From: Sphaerodactylus townsendi
Taxonomy: Eukaryota
Assembly: GCF_021028975.2 (NCBI RefSeq)
Contig: NC_059437.1
Coordinates: 32,240,001 to 32,304,000 of the forward strand
Length of the DNA stretch: 64,000 nucleotides
Direction of reading: 5' to 3'
Each line of letters starts with the position of its first letter. Within the stretch, counting starts at the first letter, position 1. Shown in pieces: positions 38,518 through 51,100 of this stretch. The position numbers and the translations under genes were made by a program. The notes under the pieces were generated by a model. It was not told where the DNA came from. It made no database searches and saw nothing but the letters and a program-made list of their open reading frames with translations.

Positions 38518-41500
38518 AATCCCTAATTACTAAAACCAAATAACAGTAATATTAATATCACAAATTTTACACAGTCCCCAAAAATACATCCCAGAGGGGA
38601 TAAATGTAGGTGGAAAGAAAAGAGGGAAGCCTGAGGGTAGCAGCCGTAGCTCCCTCAACCTTATGCTTGGTGGATCAGCTCTGTCTTACAAGCCCTGAAA
38701 AATGGCATCAAGTCTTGCAGGCTGTGCGTCTCTCTAGGCAGAGCATTTTACCAGGTTGAGGCCAGGGCTGAAAAGGGTGTTTTCATTTGCAGAACACAAT
38801 GTTCTTTGGGGGATGTACTGGGTGAGAGGGTCCCAGACAGCTTTAGAAAATTCATTCAGGGAGGATTGTGTTGGACCAGTTCTGCTTGCATGCATTTCTC
38901 TCCCCCTTTCCTTACTTTGCATAATTCTGCATATACCACCTATAGCTGTACTGGTTGCTGTAACATTGTCCTTGGACTGGCACCTCCCACCATCATAATC
39001 CCTTCTCTAACTAGAGAGTTCACCACCAGGCACTGTCTTTGCAGCTCAAATGGCTAGAACTTTGCTTTCCAAATCAAGACTCAGAATGCAAGGATATTCT
39101 GCTGGATATTGAAATAGAGCCACCCACCATCCCCCACCTTCAGCCAGTGGCACTTACTTCTCACATTCTGCGTCATGCCCAACGGTGACCTCACAGCCTG
39201 GGATAATTTTAGCTGCCAGCACAGGGGAAATGCAGCACAGACCTATGGGTTTCTTGGCTGAGTGGAAGGCCTTGATGGTATCTTCCACAGGTTTTGAGAC
39301 TTTACAGTTCTTTCCATCCACCGCCCAAGAACAAAGGTTTTTAGCCACTCCAAAACCACCTGGGAAGAGGAAACAGGATTCAAACAAGATGCTAGTCAGG
39401 TAGATAATGTGTCACATTATGAAGAGAACATGAAAGCCCAGGAGGACTCGGTTCCGTCTGCTCAGTTCTGAAGCTCTTGAGCAGGGCCGATTGCCATACA
39501 GGAGACAAGGTTTAAACATGTTGCTCCTCCTACCTGGGATGATGAGGGCATCTAGTTCCTTCACTTTCAGAGTGGCCAGATCTTTGACGTTGCCTCTGGC
39601 GATCCTGGCACTCTCCACCAAGACATTACGTTTCTCTTCGGTTGGCTCCCCTTTGATGTGGTTCACCACGTGCATTTGGTCGATGTCTGGAGCATAGAGC
39701 TCTGCCTAGAAAAATACCACTGTATTGATCTTGACATTCTCCCTCAGTAAACAGGGTTGGTGAACAGGCTATTCCTGTCACCTTATTTTTGTTCAGAGGC
39801 TCTGCAAACTTTTCATAACTGCAGAACAGGCAGGAAACAGTCGAAAAAGCTTTTTCCAGCTTGGAGCTGCAATGATGGGCAAAATGGCAGCTTCTGCCTG
39901 CTAAAGGCATAGATGTTTGTCCATGAATTGTACATGTGAGGAAGATGGTTATTTCTTTCAAAGTTTTCAGGAAGCTGTGGGTGAAGTGGGGGGATTCTGC
40001 AAAGGAATTGGCAGCTTTCCTGGTCCAAGAAGTAAGCATTCCCTTTGACTGTGCAAGAGTGCTTGGTCTACACCAGGGGTCTGCAACCTGCCGCTCTCCA
40101 GATGTTCATGGACTACAATTCCCATCAGCCCTTGCCAGCATGGCCAATGTTGGAGGGGGTCGGAGGACAGCGAGGGAGGGCCTTCGGAGGCCAACTTAGA
40201 GGCTGGACAGCGGTGATGAGGAGTGAGTGGGGAAGAGACGGGGACAACAAAGCATTCAGCCCGGTGCCTTTTCGCTTACCAGCGCCGCCCGGGAGGAGAT
40301 CGCTGTATTCCAAAAACCTCCCTCCTGGAGGTTTTTGAAGCTGACTGAGGCACGCCCTGGAGAGCCAGGTTGGGCAGCTGCTGCCCAGTTTTGCTTGGCA
40401 GCGCTGCCTGTACGAACGGCTCCCTGGGGACTCAAGGCATTTTTGCTGTCCCCAAGGCGTCGTTATTGGCCCGTGCGGAAAGGGCCTAAGTGGTAATGGA
40501 AGGGTAAACCTCTTCTCCTTTCCCTACTTGGCCAAAATGTGAATCCAGGAAGGACAAGCCTGCAGTTTACACCTTGTTTGATGCAGAAGAAGAGGAGGAG
40601 TTTGGATTTATACCTCACCTTTCTCTTTTGTAAGGAAACTCAAGGTGGCTTAAAAACCCCTTTCCCTTCATCTTCCCACAACAGACACCTAGTGAGGTAG
40701 GTGGGGCTGAGAGAGTTCCGAAGAACTATGACTTCCCAAGGTCACCCAGCAGGAATGTAGGAGTGTGGAAACACATCTGGTTCACCAGATAAGCCTGTGC
40801 CACTCAGGTGGAGGGGTGCGGAATCAAACCTGGTTCTCCAGATTAGAATCCACCTGCTCTTAACCATTACACCACACTGGCCTAGTCCTAATTTGTTTAA
40901 TCCCTTACCTGGTTCTAGGAACCGTGATACTGCCCTCTTCCACAAGAGGGACCCCAAGAATTAAACAAAAGTGGTTTGAAAAACCCGAACAGTCTGAATC
41001 TTCACAGAAAAATTGAGGGAGGGTGGCAAGGGTAAGAAATGAATTTGACATGCAGCAAGCTTGAAGCTTTTTAGCCGTAACAGATGAAAACTGACATGCA
41101 GCACAATTCTATGTAAGCTTATTCACTGGTAACCTCTGCTGACCTGACCTGTGAACATCTCTTGCCTTGAAAACTCTACTGGGTTGCCATAGGTTAGCTG
41201 TATCTTGACCTCACTACACACAGACACACAAAACCTCTGCTCTTCTCAGGTAACTGCTGCTGCTTTGGAGACAGGGGATTTCTTCTTAGAAGTGCTAACC
41301 AACTTGGCAACACCAGGAACCCCTCACCCATTACAACTGTAGACTAGGTTTAACAAAACCAGGGAATGGGCTATCTTTCTCTTTTGCATTTCCTGGCCCC
41401 TTGACCTGCTGTTTTCCCCTCCATTCCTTCTACAAATTGCATACTGAGGATTCAGTCACAAGACTCCTGTTTAAGTTTTACTGGAACAGACCAATGTGGC

Positions 41501-42901
41501 CATCCCACTGGAATTACTGATGATTTTGATGAGTAAACACGTTCAGATTTATGAAGGAAGAAGGATCTATCAATGGCTGTTATCTGTAACAGCTGAAAAA
41601 ATTGTCCATAGACAAAGGCTATAATATCTTTGACTCCCAACTGCCAAGGACCAATCACAAGGGCTTGTACTCCCTCTCACATCTTACATGTGGGCTCCCT
41701 GAAGCATCTGGCTGATCTTGGAAACAGAATGGACCGGTGTCTGATCCAGTAAGGCAGCCTTTTATGTCCATGTGAGAGGCCAGGCTTTTTCACAAGTGAG
41801 GCTTAAACTGGATTTTGTTACTTCAGTCAAAAACCTACGCTGGCCCAAATGTCCATGTCATCTTCAACTGCTTTCCTATTGACTCCTATCCCTACCAGCA
41901 TGATGTTCATGAAAGTTCCTAAACCCAGTCTGTCTTAACATTGCTTGAGACCACGCCATCCCAGCAGCACATAGCAATTGGGCCAGGCAGCCTAACTCAG
42001 CTATTGACTGCAAAGAAAGTCTTTCTTTCTGTACGATCCACCTTTCTCCTCCGCCCATCCCTACACAGGGGTTTAGATTACTAAAACAGAAACAGGGCAA
42101 ATCTATCTTTCCTCTTCACAAAGAATGCATCACACCATTACATAATCTAGGTTTTTTCATTGTTGTTGAATCTTCCCCAACCCAGAAAAAAGCACAGGAA
42201 GTCTGATTGGGTGCACCATATCTGAGTGTGCAAGTCCACAGCTTGCCCAACTGTCCTGCAGTGCTGTCAATCAACTGGGTGCAGAAAAATTGCCCACAAA
42301 GAGGTCATGTTTAAAGGAAATTCTCCCCCTATTTTATTTAACCTGCACCTCCCAAGAAGGAGCAGAAAAGGCCATGCTTGGGTAACAGGCCATGGCAAAA
42401 GAGATCAGGGCAGACTCTCTCAATTAAAGCTGAATATCTGCTTTACCCTCTCCACTCCTTGCTTTAGCAATACTTCACAGGACAACAGATAAAAAGTTTG
42501 CTCAGCTAAAGAAACGGCACATATGAATAGGCTGTCTGAACAGAATGCCCGGCAAGATTTCTTCTGCTAGGGAAAAGAGCTGGGTTGAGGGGCACCCTGA
42601 CAGGAAAGCAGATCATGGAAATGTTCCCAGCAAAACGAGAAAGCCTTTGAAACAATTGGCATTGGTCTAGCAGCTGAGGAAAGAATGACGATCTCATTAG
42701 AATGAACAGCACATCTAGATTTTCAACCAACTTTGCATTCTCGTAAGTTAGAAGCAGAAAAGCTTGGCCCCCACAGTGCAAGGGTTGTCTTACCTGGGCC
42801 CCATCCCTGCTGAGATGCACCATGACAGCTGACGCCTCGTGGACTTCGCTACCATCATACACCCCGCAACCAGAGAGGACAACAGCAACTTTCTTGCCCA
42901 T
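38040..42901 (-). CDS. GATD3/ES1/ElbB-like protein (DJ-1/PfpI superfamily), 224 aa, exons 42901-42794, 39705-39534, 39359-39158, 38232-38040
   Basis: [36 protein letters not shown]...[12 protein letters not shown]...[15 protein letters not shown]...[10 protein letters not shown]...[14 protein letters not shown]...[11 protein letters not shown]; 675-nt open frame; Kozak ACCATGG; TATAAA at 42980-42975; AATAAA (minus) at 37572-37567. Confidence 0.93.
38438..38517. repeat. (CAT)n microsatellite
   Basis: About 26 perfect units. Confidence 0.95.
40586..40880 (-). mobile_element. tRNA-derived squamate SINE (Sauria-like)
   Basis: Reverse complement of the 46004 element; A/B boxes at the 40880 end, (TCT)n-type tail at the 40586 end. 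Confidence 0.75.
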
Positions 42902-43295
42902 GGTCAGCAGTGGAGAGATCTTCGCAGCCAGAAGTGTCGTGCTAGCCTCTGGCAGTTCCTGTTTCCTGGAGGCCTTTATAGACAGAATCTCCACCCACAA
43001 CACAGAGGCTGGGCATGGCCTTTACCAGCAGGAAATTTTCCACTCCCTGCAAGCAAGCCAGGGCTGTGCATGTTGCCTGATTATTATCTGCTGTTAGTTC
43101 CTCTTTTTCAAACTCTGGAGTTTGGATAATCTCCTGCCAGCCATGGCTGGTTTGGCACCAGATGGCTTGGTTTTGGGCTCGTTCCAGGACCATACCAAGA
43201 TATTTTGCCAGGCAGCTACACTTCATAGACTGTCAGCTGCATCCCAGGAAGATTTATCATCCTGCAATTGGAGGTGGGTATGCAAACTGAGATTT

Positions 43296-44220
43296 CATGG
43301 AATCATACAGTTGGAAGAGACCACAAGGCCATCGAGTCCAACCCCTGCCATGCAGGAATACACAAAGCACTCCTGACAGATAGCCATCCAGTCTCTGTTT
43401 AAAAACCTCCAAAGGAGACTCCACCACACTCCGAGGCAGCATATTCCACTGCTGAACAGCCCTTACTGTCAGAAATGTTCTTCTTAATGTTTAGGTGAAA
43501 TCTCTTTTTTTGTACTTTGAACACATCACTCCTTGTCCTAGTCTCTGGACCAGCAGAAAACAAGCTTGCTCCATCGTCAATATGACATCCCTTCATATAT
43601 TTAAACATGGTTATCATGTCACCCCTTAATCTTCTCTTCTCCATACTAAGCATACCTATCTCCCTGAGCCATATTTGTTCATTGACAGTAAATAAAGTCT
43701 TCTTCTTCTCCTCCCTGAGCCACTCCTCATAGAATCCAGACCTTTTACCATTTTGGTCACCCTCCTCTGGATCCGTTTCAGCTTGTCAATATCTTTCTTG
43801 AACTCCAGTGCCCAGAATTGGACTCAGTATTTCAGGTCAGGTCTTACCAATGCAGAATAGAGTGATCCTATTATGTCCCTCGATCAGGGGTGGAGCGAGG
43901 GGAAACTGCGCCTGGGGCATGCCTGCATTCCTGCCACGCCCTCACTCGTCCTGCTTCGGAATGCCCCGCCACGCCCCGCACCCCTGCATCATGCCCCGCC
44001 ATATCCCCTTGGCACTACGCCGCTGCCCTCGATCTAGACACTAAACTCCTATTTGATGAGCATTGGCTTGCTCAGATATGGTGCACCCCAGACTTGCATT
44101 GGCTTTATTGGATGCCACATCACTCTGCTGCCACATATTCAGTTTGTGGTCTACTAAGACTTCTGGATCCCTTTCACATGTACTGTTGTCAAGCCAGGTG
44201 TCACCCATCCTATTCATGCC
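43296..44220 (-). mobile_element. CR1 LINE 3' fragment (degenerate), interrupted by a hAT MITE
   Basis: Translated remnants SMEKRRLRGDMITMFKYMKG, ERDPEVLVDHKLNMWQQ, VVESPLEVFKQRLD; CR1-type 3' end (..CAACTGTATGATTCCATG). Confidence 0.85.
43885..44025. mobile_element. Non-autonomous hAT-type element nested in CR1
   Basis: Perfect 8-bp TSD CCCTCGAT on both sides; CAG...CTG termini with imperfect TIRs. Confidence 0.8.
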
Positions 44221-44895
44221 ATTACAACACCCTCCTGGGTCCAGTGCTGTCAATTATTTTAACTCTTTGGGCTCTAAATGGCTGTGTGGCATTAAGCCAT
44301 CTAACAGAGGTAGATGTCTATTGTGAAGGGTTCTATCTCCTTTGCCAGGTTGCAGGGGATCCTGGACTACACCTCCTGTATTGCCATGATGGCATCCTGA
44401 AAATAACAGTGCTCCCTTCCATGTGACAATCGCTTGGGCAGTTAGCGCAGCCATGTCTTCTAAGGAATAATTAATAGGTAATATACCTGTAGTGTGTGAT
44501 GATAGTGGCAATTTTGACTATACCAGTGGTGAAGGTGTGGTATCTTCTGGCTTTCTGGACCCTGCACAAAACAGCACCGCATGTGATGTGGACTGCATGT
44601 AACTTGGCACATTAAAAGCCCAGGGAGGGGGGGGGTACCCGTTGAGGTGCCATTTATTATTCTTGTTCTCCACTTAATTCAAAACATAGAGATCTTGCTG
44701 GGTCAGACTGAAGGCCCCCCTGTCGAGGTGAAATTGCTCTCACTTTCAAGGGAAAATTGTTTTCACTTTCCTTTTCATGCCATTACAACACCCTCCTGGG
44801 TCCAGTGCTGTCAATTATTTTAACTCTTTGGGCTCTAAATGGCTGTGTGGTATTAAGCCATCTAACAGAGGTAGATGTCTAATGTGAAGGGTTCT
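44213..44895. repeat. 122-bp direct repeat (44213-44334 and 44774-44895)
   Basis: TTCATGCCATTACAACACCCTCC...GTGAAGGGTTCT twice, two mismatches. Confidence 0.9.
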
Positions 44896-46003
44896 CTTCC
44901 TCCCCAAAGGGTGACTGGTCGGTCCTAGTCTCTGCAAGACGTGGACTCTCCCTTTAACAGTTCACACATTTTACAGCATTCGTGGTGGCCTGGCTCATGG
45001 GAGAAGTGACTTCTCTTAGGATTTTTTTTAAAGTCCATAAAGTATAAAGTTTATTTCTAAGCACGGAGTTATAGACATGAAGGGAAATTTTGGAAAACAG
45101 TAAAGTTCCAAGAGGAAATAAAACATACAGTTGCTAATACAGAACAACATCAACATTCAGTGGAAAGGCGAGAGGTGATTGGGGCTAACCAGGAAATGGG
45201 GGACTATATGCAAAACTGCTTCATGTGTTCCACCTTGACCAATGAAATGTGATGTTTAGGATTTAGATGTATTTTGCACGCAATACTCGTGGTTACATGA
45301 AAAGACTTTCACGGGGTGCAGATTTTTTTGAGCAACATGCACCGGGAGTGTTAAAAGGGGGAACATTTTATTGTGATGGGCCAGTGGGTTTCCCCATTTT
45401 TTTCCTTCCAGGATGGCAATGACAATCGGCAGCATACTTGGCAGCCAACCACGGTATCATGTCTTTTAGGCTTATATGTGACCATGGTATTTTGGTCTGC
45501 TGAGTCTTTCTTATAGTTAAAATTGAGTTGGGTTTGCATGTGTGTTTGATCCATTATCATCTCAATATGCTGATTTTCTGAGTGACCAGCCACGTGCTGC
45601 TGGGAAGCCTGCAAAGAGAGGTTTCCCACCCACACATGGACCTGGCCTGGGTTTGCCAGCGCAATTCAGAGGCCCATTTCCTGTAACTTCCCCCTATGTT
45701 TGTCAGAGGACAAATATGCTCACTTGCAAGGAAATTAAACATCATCCTGGTATCAGAAAATGCACAGGTTTCATATGTGGCATACGCATCTATACTGAGA
45801 ATCAAACTGCCTAGTCATGCTTACTGTAAAAGCGTTCTGGTTTCTTTCCAAAACTACACTTTGCTTTCTAAATAAAGGGAAAAAACCACAGATTACATCA
45901 GGTCTCCCATAAACTAACATCATAAAACTAACATCTTTTTTGTAGATCAGAATGCAAATTCTGGGATCAGCTGCAGGTTTTAGACAGCATGATGATTGAT
46001 TCT

Positions 46004-46284
46004 GAGAGTCAGCGTGGTGTAGTGGTTAAGAGCAGGTGGATTCTGATCTGGAGAACTGGGCTTGATTCCCCACTCCTCCACCTGAGTGGCAGAGGCTTAT
46101 CTGGTGAACCAGATGTGTTTCTGCACCCCTACATTCCTGCTGGGTGACCTTGGGCTAGCCACAGTTCTCTCAGGACTCTCTCAGCCCCACCTACCTCACA
46201 AGGTGTCTGTTGTGGGGAGAGAAAAGGAAAGGAGCTTGTAAGGAGAGAAAGTTAGGATATAAATCCAAACTCTTCTTATTCTTC
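46004..46284 (+). mobile_element. tRNA-derived squamate SINE (Sauria-like)
   Basis: Head TGGTGTAGTGGTTAAGAGC...GGCTTGATTCCCC (boxes A/B), body CTGGGTGACCTTGGGC...CCTACCTCACAAGG, TCTTCTT tail. Confidence 0.78.
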
Positions 46285-47929
46285 ATGGGGAACAGAGGGT
46301 CTGCAGAGGGCTGCAGCTGCTACCCCAGAATCAGCGCAGGAGGAAGCAAAGAAGACCTCCTGTTGCCATTTGACACCCTTTGGCCTTGTAAAATAATCCT
46401 TTGTTTATTTTATTAAAATCCTCATCCTGGTTCTTATATCCTATCCTGGATCTCTGGGACAGCAAATGGCAATTTCAAAATGATGAAAGTAGTGGCTTGT
46501 TTGGATGTCACTTCCGACTGCTGATGATCATGGATGTGGAACGGATACTTGGTTCTGTTTTGGCCAGGGCTTGTTTTTCTGACTCCAATCTATCTTGGCC
46601 GAAGTGAGTAAATTGGGAAAAAAACCCTGGCAGCTTGTCTTTTTAGCACAGCTATCAGTTCTTTGAGAGAAGGCCATAATGCCATCGGTGTTAAAGCGAG
46701 CTGTAGTGAGGCATCTTTTGAAAAAGATTTCTCATGAACATGCCCTCCACCAAGATTGGTAAAAGGTAGACTTGAGTCAGATCTCCCACTCTTAGTCCAT
46801 TCTTAGTCAAATTATCCAAATAACTTCAAGATCAGATGCCCCCAACCTTGTTAAACCTATGGACATATTTGGAGTTTTGAGAAAGGGTAATGGAGACCAT
46901 TGCAAAATGGCTGCCAAAAAAGGGGGCAATTAGCCAAGCATCCTCCTACGATTGGGGGAACCGTTTCCCAATTTAATTTGTTCAGTCATAAATTGTCCCC
47001 AAGATTATAACAAAAAATAAATTAAATAAAAATAATAAATTAGGGTTAGGGTTAAAGCAAGGGCAGCGACTCAGGCTTGCCTTAGTGTTACGTTGAGTTC
47101 TGGGGCGCAGTCCGATAATAGGGCTATGGTCAGTTTTAGGTTTCGGGTTTTTGTTACAATTTTGGGAACAATTTATGAAGCAAACCAAACCCGTGCGTAT
47201 TGACCTCCATTTTTGAAGTGGGGAATCAACCTTAGTCACCTTGAGATCCTTCACATTTACCTACGGAGCTGCCTTGTGCTCTCAAGACAGTCATCTGTCA
47301 TGGTCGAGCCTACTCTGGCTGGCAGTGACTGTCCAAGAGCGCACTCTCACATCAGCTACTACTTGATCCTTTGAACTGGAGTTCTCCTGGAGTAGACCTG
47401 GGAGCTTTGGCAATGCCAGATTGGCATACTTGGGCCTGGACACCTCTGGCTTGGACCACTGTAGCGTACTTTCCATGGGGCTGTCCTTGAAGATAAAGGC
47501 AAACTTGAAAGAAGTTTGGAAACAGCCCCATTGCTGGTGTTCGGCAGGGAGAGTGGACTCATCTAGAGTGTCACTGAGAGTGTCAACATTTGTTTTTACC
47601 TTCCGTTGATAATTGAGTTCATGCTTGCAGCAGCGAATGAGTTTTTGCAAAAAGTTTTAAAATACTCTTGGAGGACACTTTTTTTTTAAAAATCGCAAAA
47701 TGACCCAGAAAGTGTCCAAATAAATCAAACGTGTCCCCTGCCGGCTCAAGGAGTGCTGGAGAACCACGCCTCTCCTGTCCCACCGAGACGTCCATGTTTC
47801 TCAGATGCCGCCCCTGTTTGGTTGGGGAAGGGGTTTACTGTTAAGAGGAACAGAAAATCCGTATCGTTAACACACACACACTCACACACACACACACACC
47901 CACTGCTCAGGCAGGAACACAAGCGCGCC

Positions 47930-48105
47930 TTTTCTCTTTCGCTTGAAGGAAGGCGGGGGCGGAGAGGGGGGGGGGCAGAAAACCAGCGAGGCCGCCCGAG
48001 GTTGCAGAGACCCAGCCGGCTCGGGAGCCGCATCTGGCCGGACCGGGGAGGAGCGAGGAGGAAAGCCTATAAAGCGCTCGGGAGCGCCGCGCACAAAGCC
48101 GGGCG
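47930..48105 (+). promoter_or_regulatory. CpG-island TATA promoter of the AceTr-YrdC gene
   Basis: GC boxes (GGGGCGG), TATAAA 48068-48073, ATG 48106 in good Kozak context (GCGATGG); CpG island continues into intron 1. Confidence 0.65.
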
Positions 48106-51100
48106 ATGGCGTCGCTGCACGGGGCCGTCGGGCTCCTGGCCATCGCAGCCGGTAAGAGCAGCGGCTGCTGCCCCGACGACACACTCGCCTTCTGGCCGAG
48201 CCGGGGCGCCGGAGACTCAGCCTGGCCAGCGGCCCCAGCTCCAGGCGTCCCGGGGCCAGGGTCAGAGACCCGGCAGGAGGGAGGGCTCCCGACGCGCCTC
48301 CGCCGGCTGGAGAAAGCGGCGCAGCTCCGTCGGTTGCGCCTCTGGACCTCGCCGGGGCGCTCCTTCTGCGCTCTTCAAGCATTTGGAGTCACGTCGGAGC
48401 AGAGTTTCGTCCCCCCCAGTCCCCACCGGAGTTCCAGCCTTTTACATCCATTACTCGGCTGGCAAAAACTGTCCTTCCGCTTGCCCCCGTTTCCTCTGCA
48501 TCCAGCAGCCTTGTCGCTTGTTTTGCTGGGTGCCCCTCACTTCTCGCTTGGCTTCCAGACTCCCCCCGCCTTCCGCTGCTGCTGTTGTTGATGCTTCTCC
48601 TTCCCTTTCAAGTTTGCCTTTATATCTCGCTTGGGGCAATCGCATAAAGGCATGGCAGCTGGCAAAGGCCCGTTCCCTCTTGTCCGTTAAGGCTCCTCTC
48701 TGTCTCTCCCTTCCAGGATCTCTCTTGCTGGCCGTCCACTTCTACAGCTTCACCAGGCCGACCCCCCTGATTCCCAGCACTGCTCTTGGAGTCCTTCTGC
48801 TCATTTTGTCGCTTCTTCTGGCATACACAGGTGAGACAATGGTCGTTGCTGTCTTGGAAGGCAGCTCTGGAAGGCAGGCTGTATTTTTTCATGGAACTCT
48901 TGATGCCGGTGCATCTTTGCCAATTTAACTGCCTAGTAGTGCGTGGGGAGGGGGCAGAGCTCAGCGAGAGAGCATCTGCTTGGCATGCAGAAGGTCCCAG
49001 GTTCAATCACCGGCATCTCCAGCTGAGATGATCAGATAGTGGGTGCTGTGAAGGGCCTCTTCCTGAGATCTTGAGGGGCTCTGCTGACCAGAGCGGACAA
49101 TGTTGACCTTGATGGACCAGCAGCCAGATTCAGCGCAAAGCCTCTTGATATGTGTTGATGTGGCCCACAGATTTCAGCTCCCAACTGGGGAAGCTGGTTA
49201 CAGTCCTGTAATCACATGTGCCAGGTTACAGCAGCAGGCACAAGTTTTATTTGTTTATAACTCCCCTTTCTCTCCAGCAAGAACACAGAACACCTTAAAT
49301 TCTCCTGTCCTCCATTTAGTCCTCACAGCAACCCTATGAGGTACATTAGATTGTGCTACTGACCCAAGGTGCTGCAGAAAACCCCATAGTAGAGTGGGGA
49401 TCCAAACTGGCATCTTCTAGTCCAGGGGTCTGCAACCTGTGGCTCTCCATAGTCTACAATGCCCATCAGTCTCTGCCAGCATGCTGGCAGGGGCTGATGG
49501 GCATTGTAGTCCATGAACATCTGGAGAGCCACAGGTTGCAGACCTCTGTTCTAGTCTAACACTCTAACCAACGTACCCCACTGGCTTCAAGCCTAGTTTC
49601 CATGTGTGGTTTCCAAGTATGAAGCTTAGTCTCTTTAATTGCCTGGGGGTGTTGTTAGCTGGACCAAGAAGCAGTTTTAAAAATCTGTGGCTGAAGATTC
49701 TGTTTATGATTGAAACTTTGCAACCCTACAAGTTACAAAATGGCTGTCCTGCCCCCCTCCCCTATCAACAGGAGTGCGGAAGACCTTCCAGGATGCTTCC
49801 GTGTTTGTGTCGCTCTGCCTGACGGTTTCGGTGCTCTGGTGCGGTTATGGAGTGATCCAGATCCTGGCTGGGCAAGGAGTCCTCTCCAGCACTGCTGACC
49901 TGCGCAATGCAGCTGTTCCTGGACTGGCAGCCTTCAGTTTGGGGCTGCTTCTCATCAGCCTGGCGGGCTTTCTCCAGAAAGAGGTCCCCCTCGCCATGAT
50001 AGCGTTTGCCATTTCTCTGGCCTGCGCCCATGAAATTGCAGCCTTTTACAACGAGGCCTTCAGAACTTCTGCTGTGGCCTGCAATTATGTGATTGTCTGC
50101 TTTGTCGGGGGCTACGTTGGGTTGGGGAGGATTCTCTTTTTTCTAAGCCGTGAGAAATTTGTCCTGCCCGGCACAGACCTGGTCAAGAAAGAGGCCGGCA
50201 ACTGGCAGCACCCAGACGGCAGCACGAGCTCAAACGAGTTGGCTGCGTTTGGTTTGATCCTGAACATGCTCTCGGCCAGTGTCTTGGGCTGCAGGCTCCT
50301 GGGGGTGACTGATGACCTCTTTGTGGGGCAGGTCCCCTGGCTGTGGGCAGGAGGGATCTACCAGTTTGGGACCTCTATCTTCTTCTATCGTTCCCTGAAT
50401 GCACTGGCTGCCACTTTTTGGGGCTTCACCTCCCTCCTGAAGTTTGGGGAGGGCTATTCCTTCTTGATCTTGCTCTGGGTGCCCGAAGAGCCCATCTTTC
50501 CCATTCCATTCTCGGTGGTTTTTGCTATCCTCTTTACTGTCTTGGCCCTTTTCGTTGCCATCGAAAGCCTGGCCGATGGCGTCTACCTGCTATTCTACGT
50601 GGCCTTGTGCATTGCGCTTGCCTGCAGCCCACGAGGCTTTTTGGAAGGTGGCCCTCAGGGCGTGGCAGTGGGCATTTTTGCGGCCTCTGCTCTCCTGGCT
50701 CTTCTTCACCTTTACAATGAGAATGCGACAGTGAAAATCCCAAGGGGGAAGGGAGTGCTCAAGGATTTGCTCTCCCGCCTCCAGGTTTGCAAGCTCCAGG
50801 AGGGGAAAGACCTCCACGCCCCTTACCTGGGTTACTCCAAATATGCTGATGCCGAAGTACTGGGCTATGCCTGCAGCGTGCTGGCTTCTTTTGCCATGAC
50901 TGTGGCAGCAATGCCCAACTCCCCTCTTGCTATAATCGTCATACCTTGGGTGGTGGTTGCGGGGGGACTCTTGAAGCTTCTGTGCGGCTCCATGGCTTTC
51001 TCCCGAGGCAAAACTTTAGAGAGCTGTGCTTTTATTCTCTATGGGTTCATGTGGATTATCTGGGGCATTACCAGGTACGGGGGGCTGTACAGTGCTTCGC

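Noticed and set aside
42902-43003. N-terminal extension (possible transit peptide) of the GATD3-like ORF
   Set aside because: Begins at a non-ATG codon upstream of the TATA box; no in-frame ATG.
47753-48928. 391-aa ORF on + strand
   Set aside because: GC-rich read-through of promoter, (CA)n repeat and intron 1; only its end (GSLLLAVHF...AYTG) is real and is exon 2 of the AceTr-YrdC gene.
48951-49020. tRNA gene
   Set aside because: Degenerate tRNA-like head continuing into a SINE body repeated elsewhere in the window.
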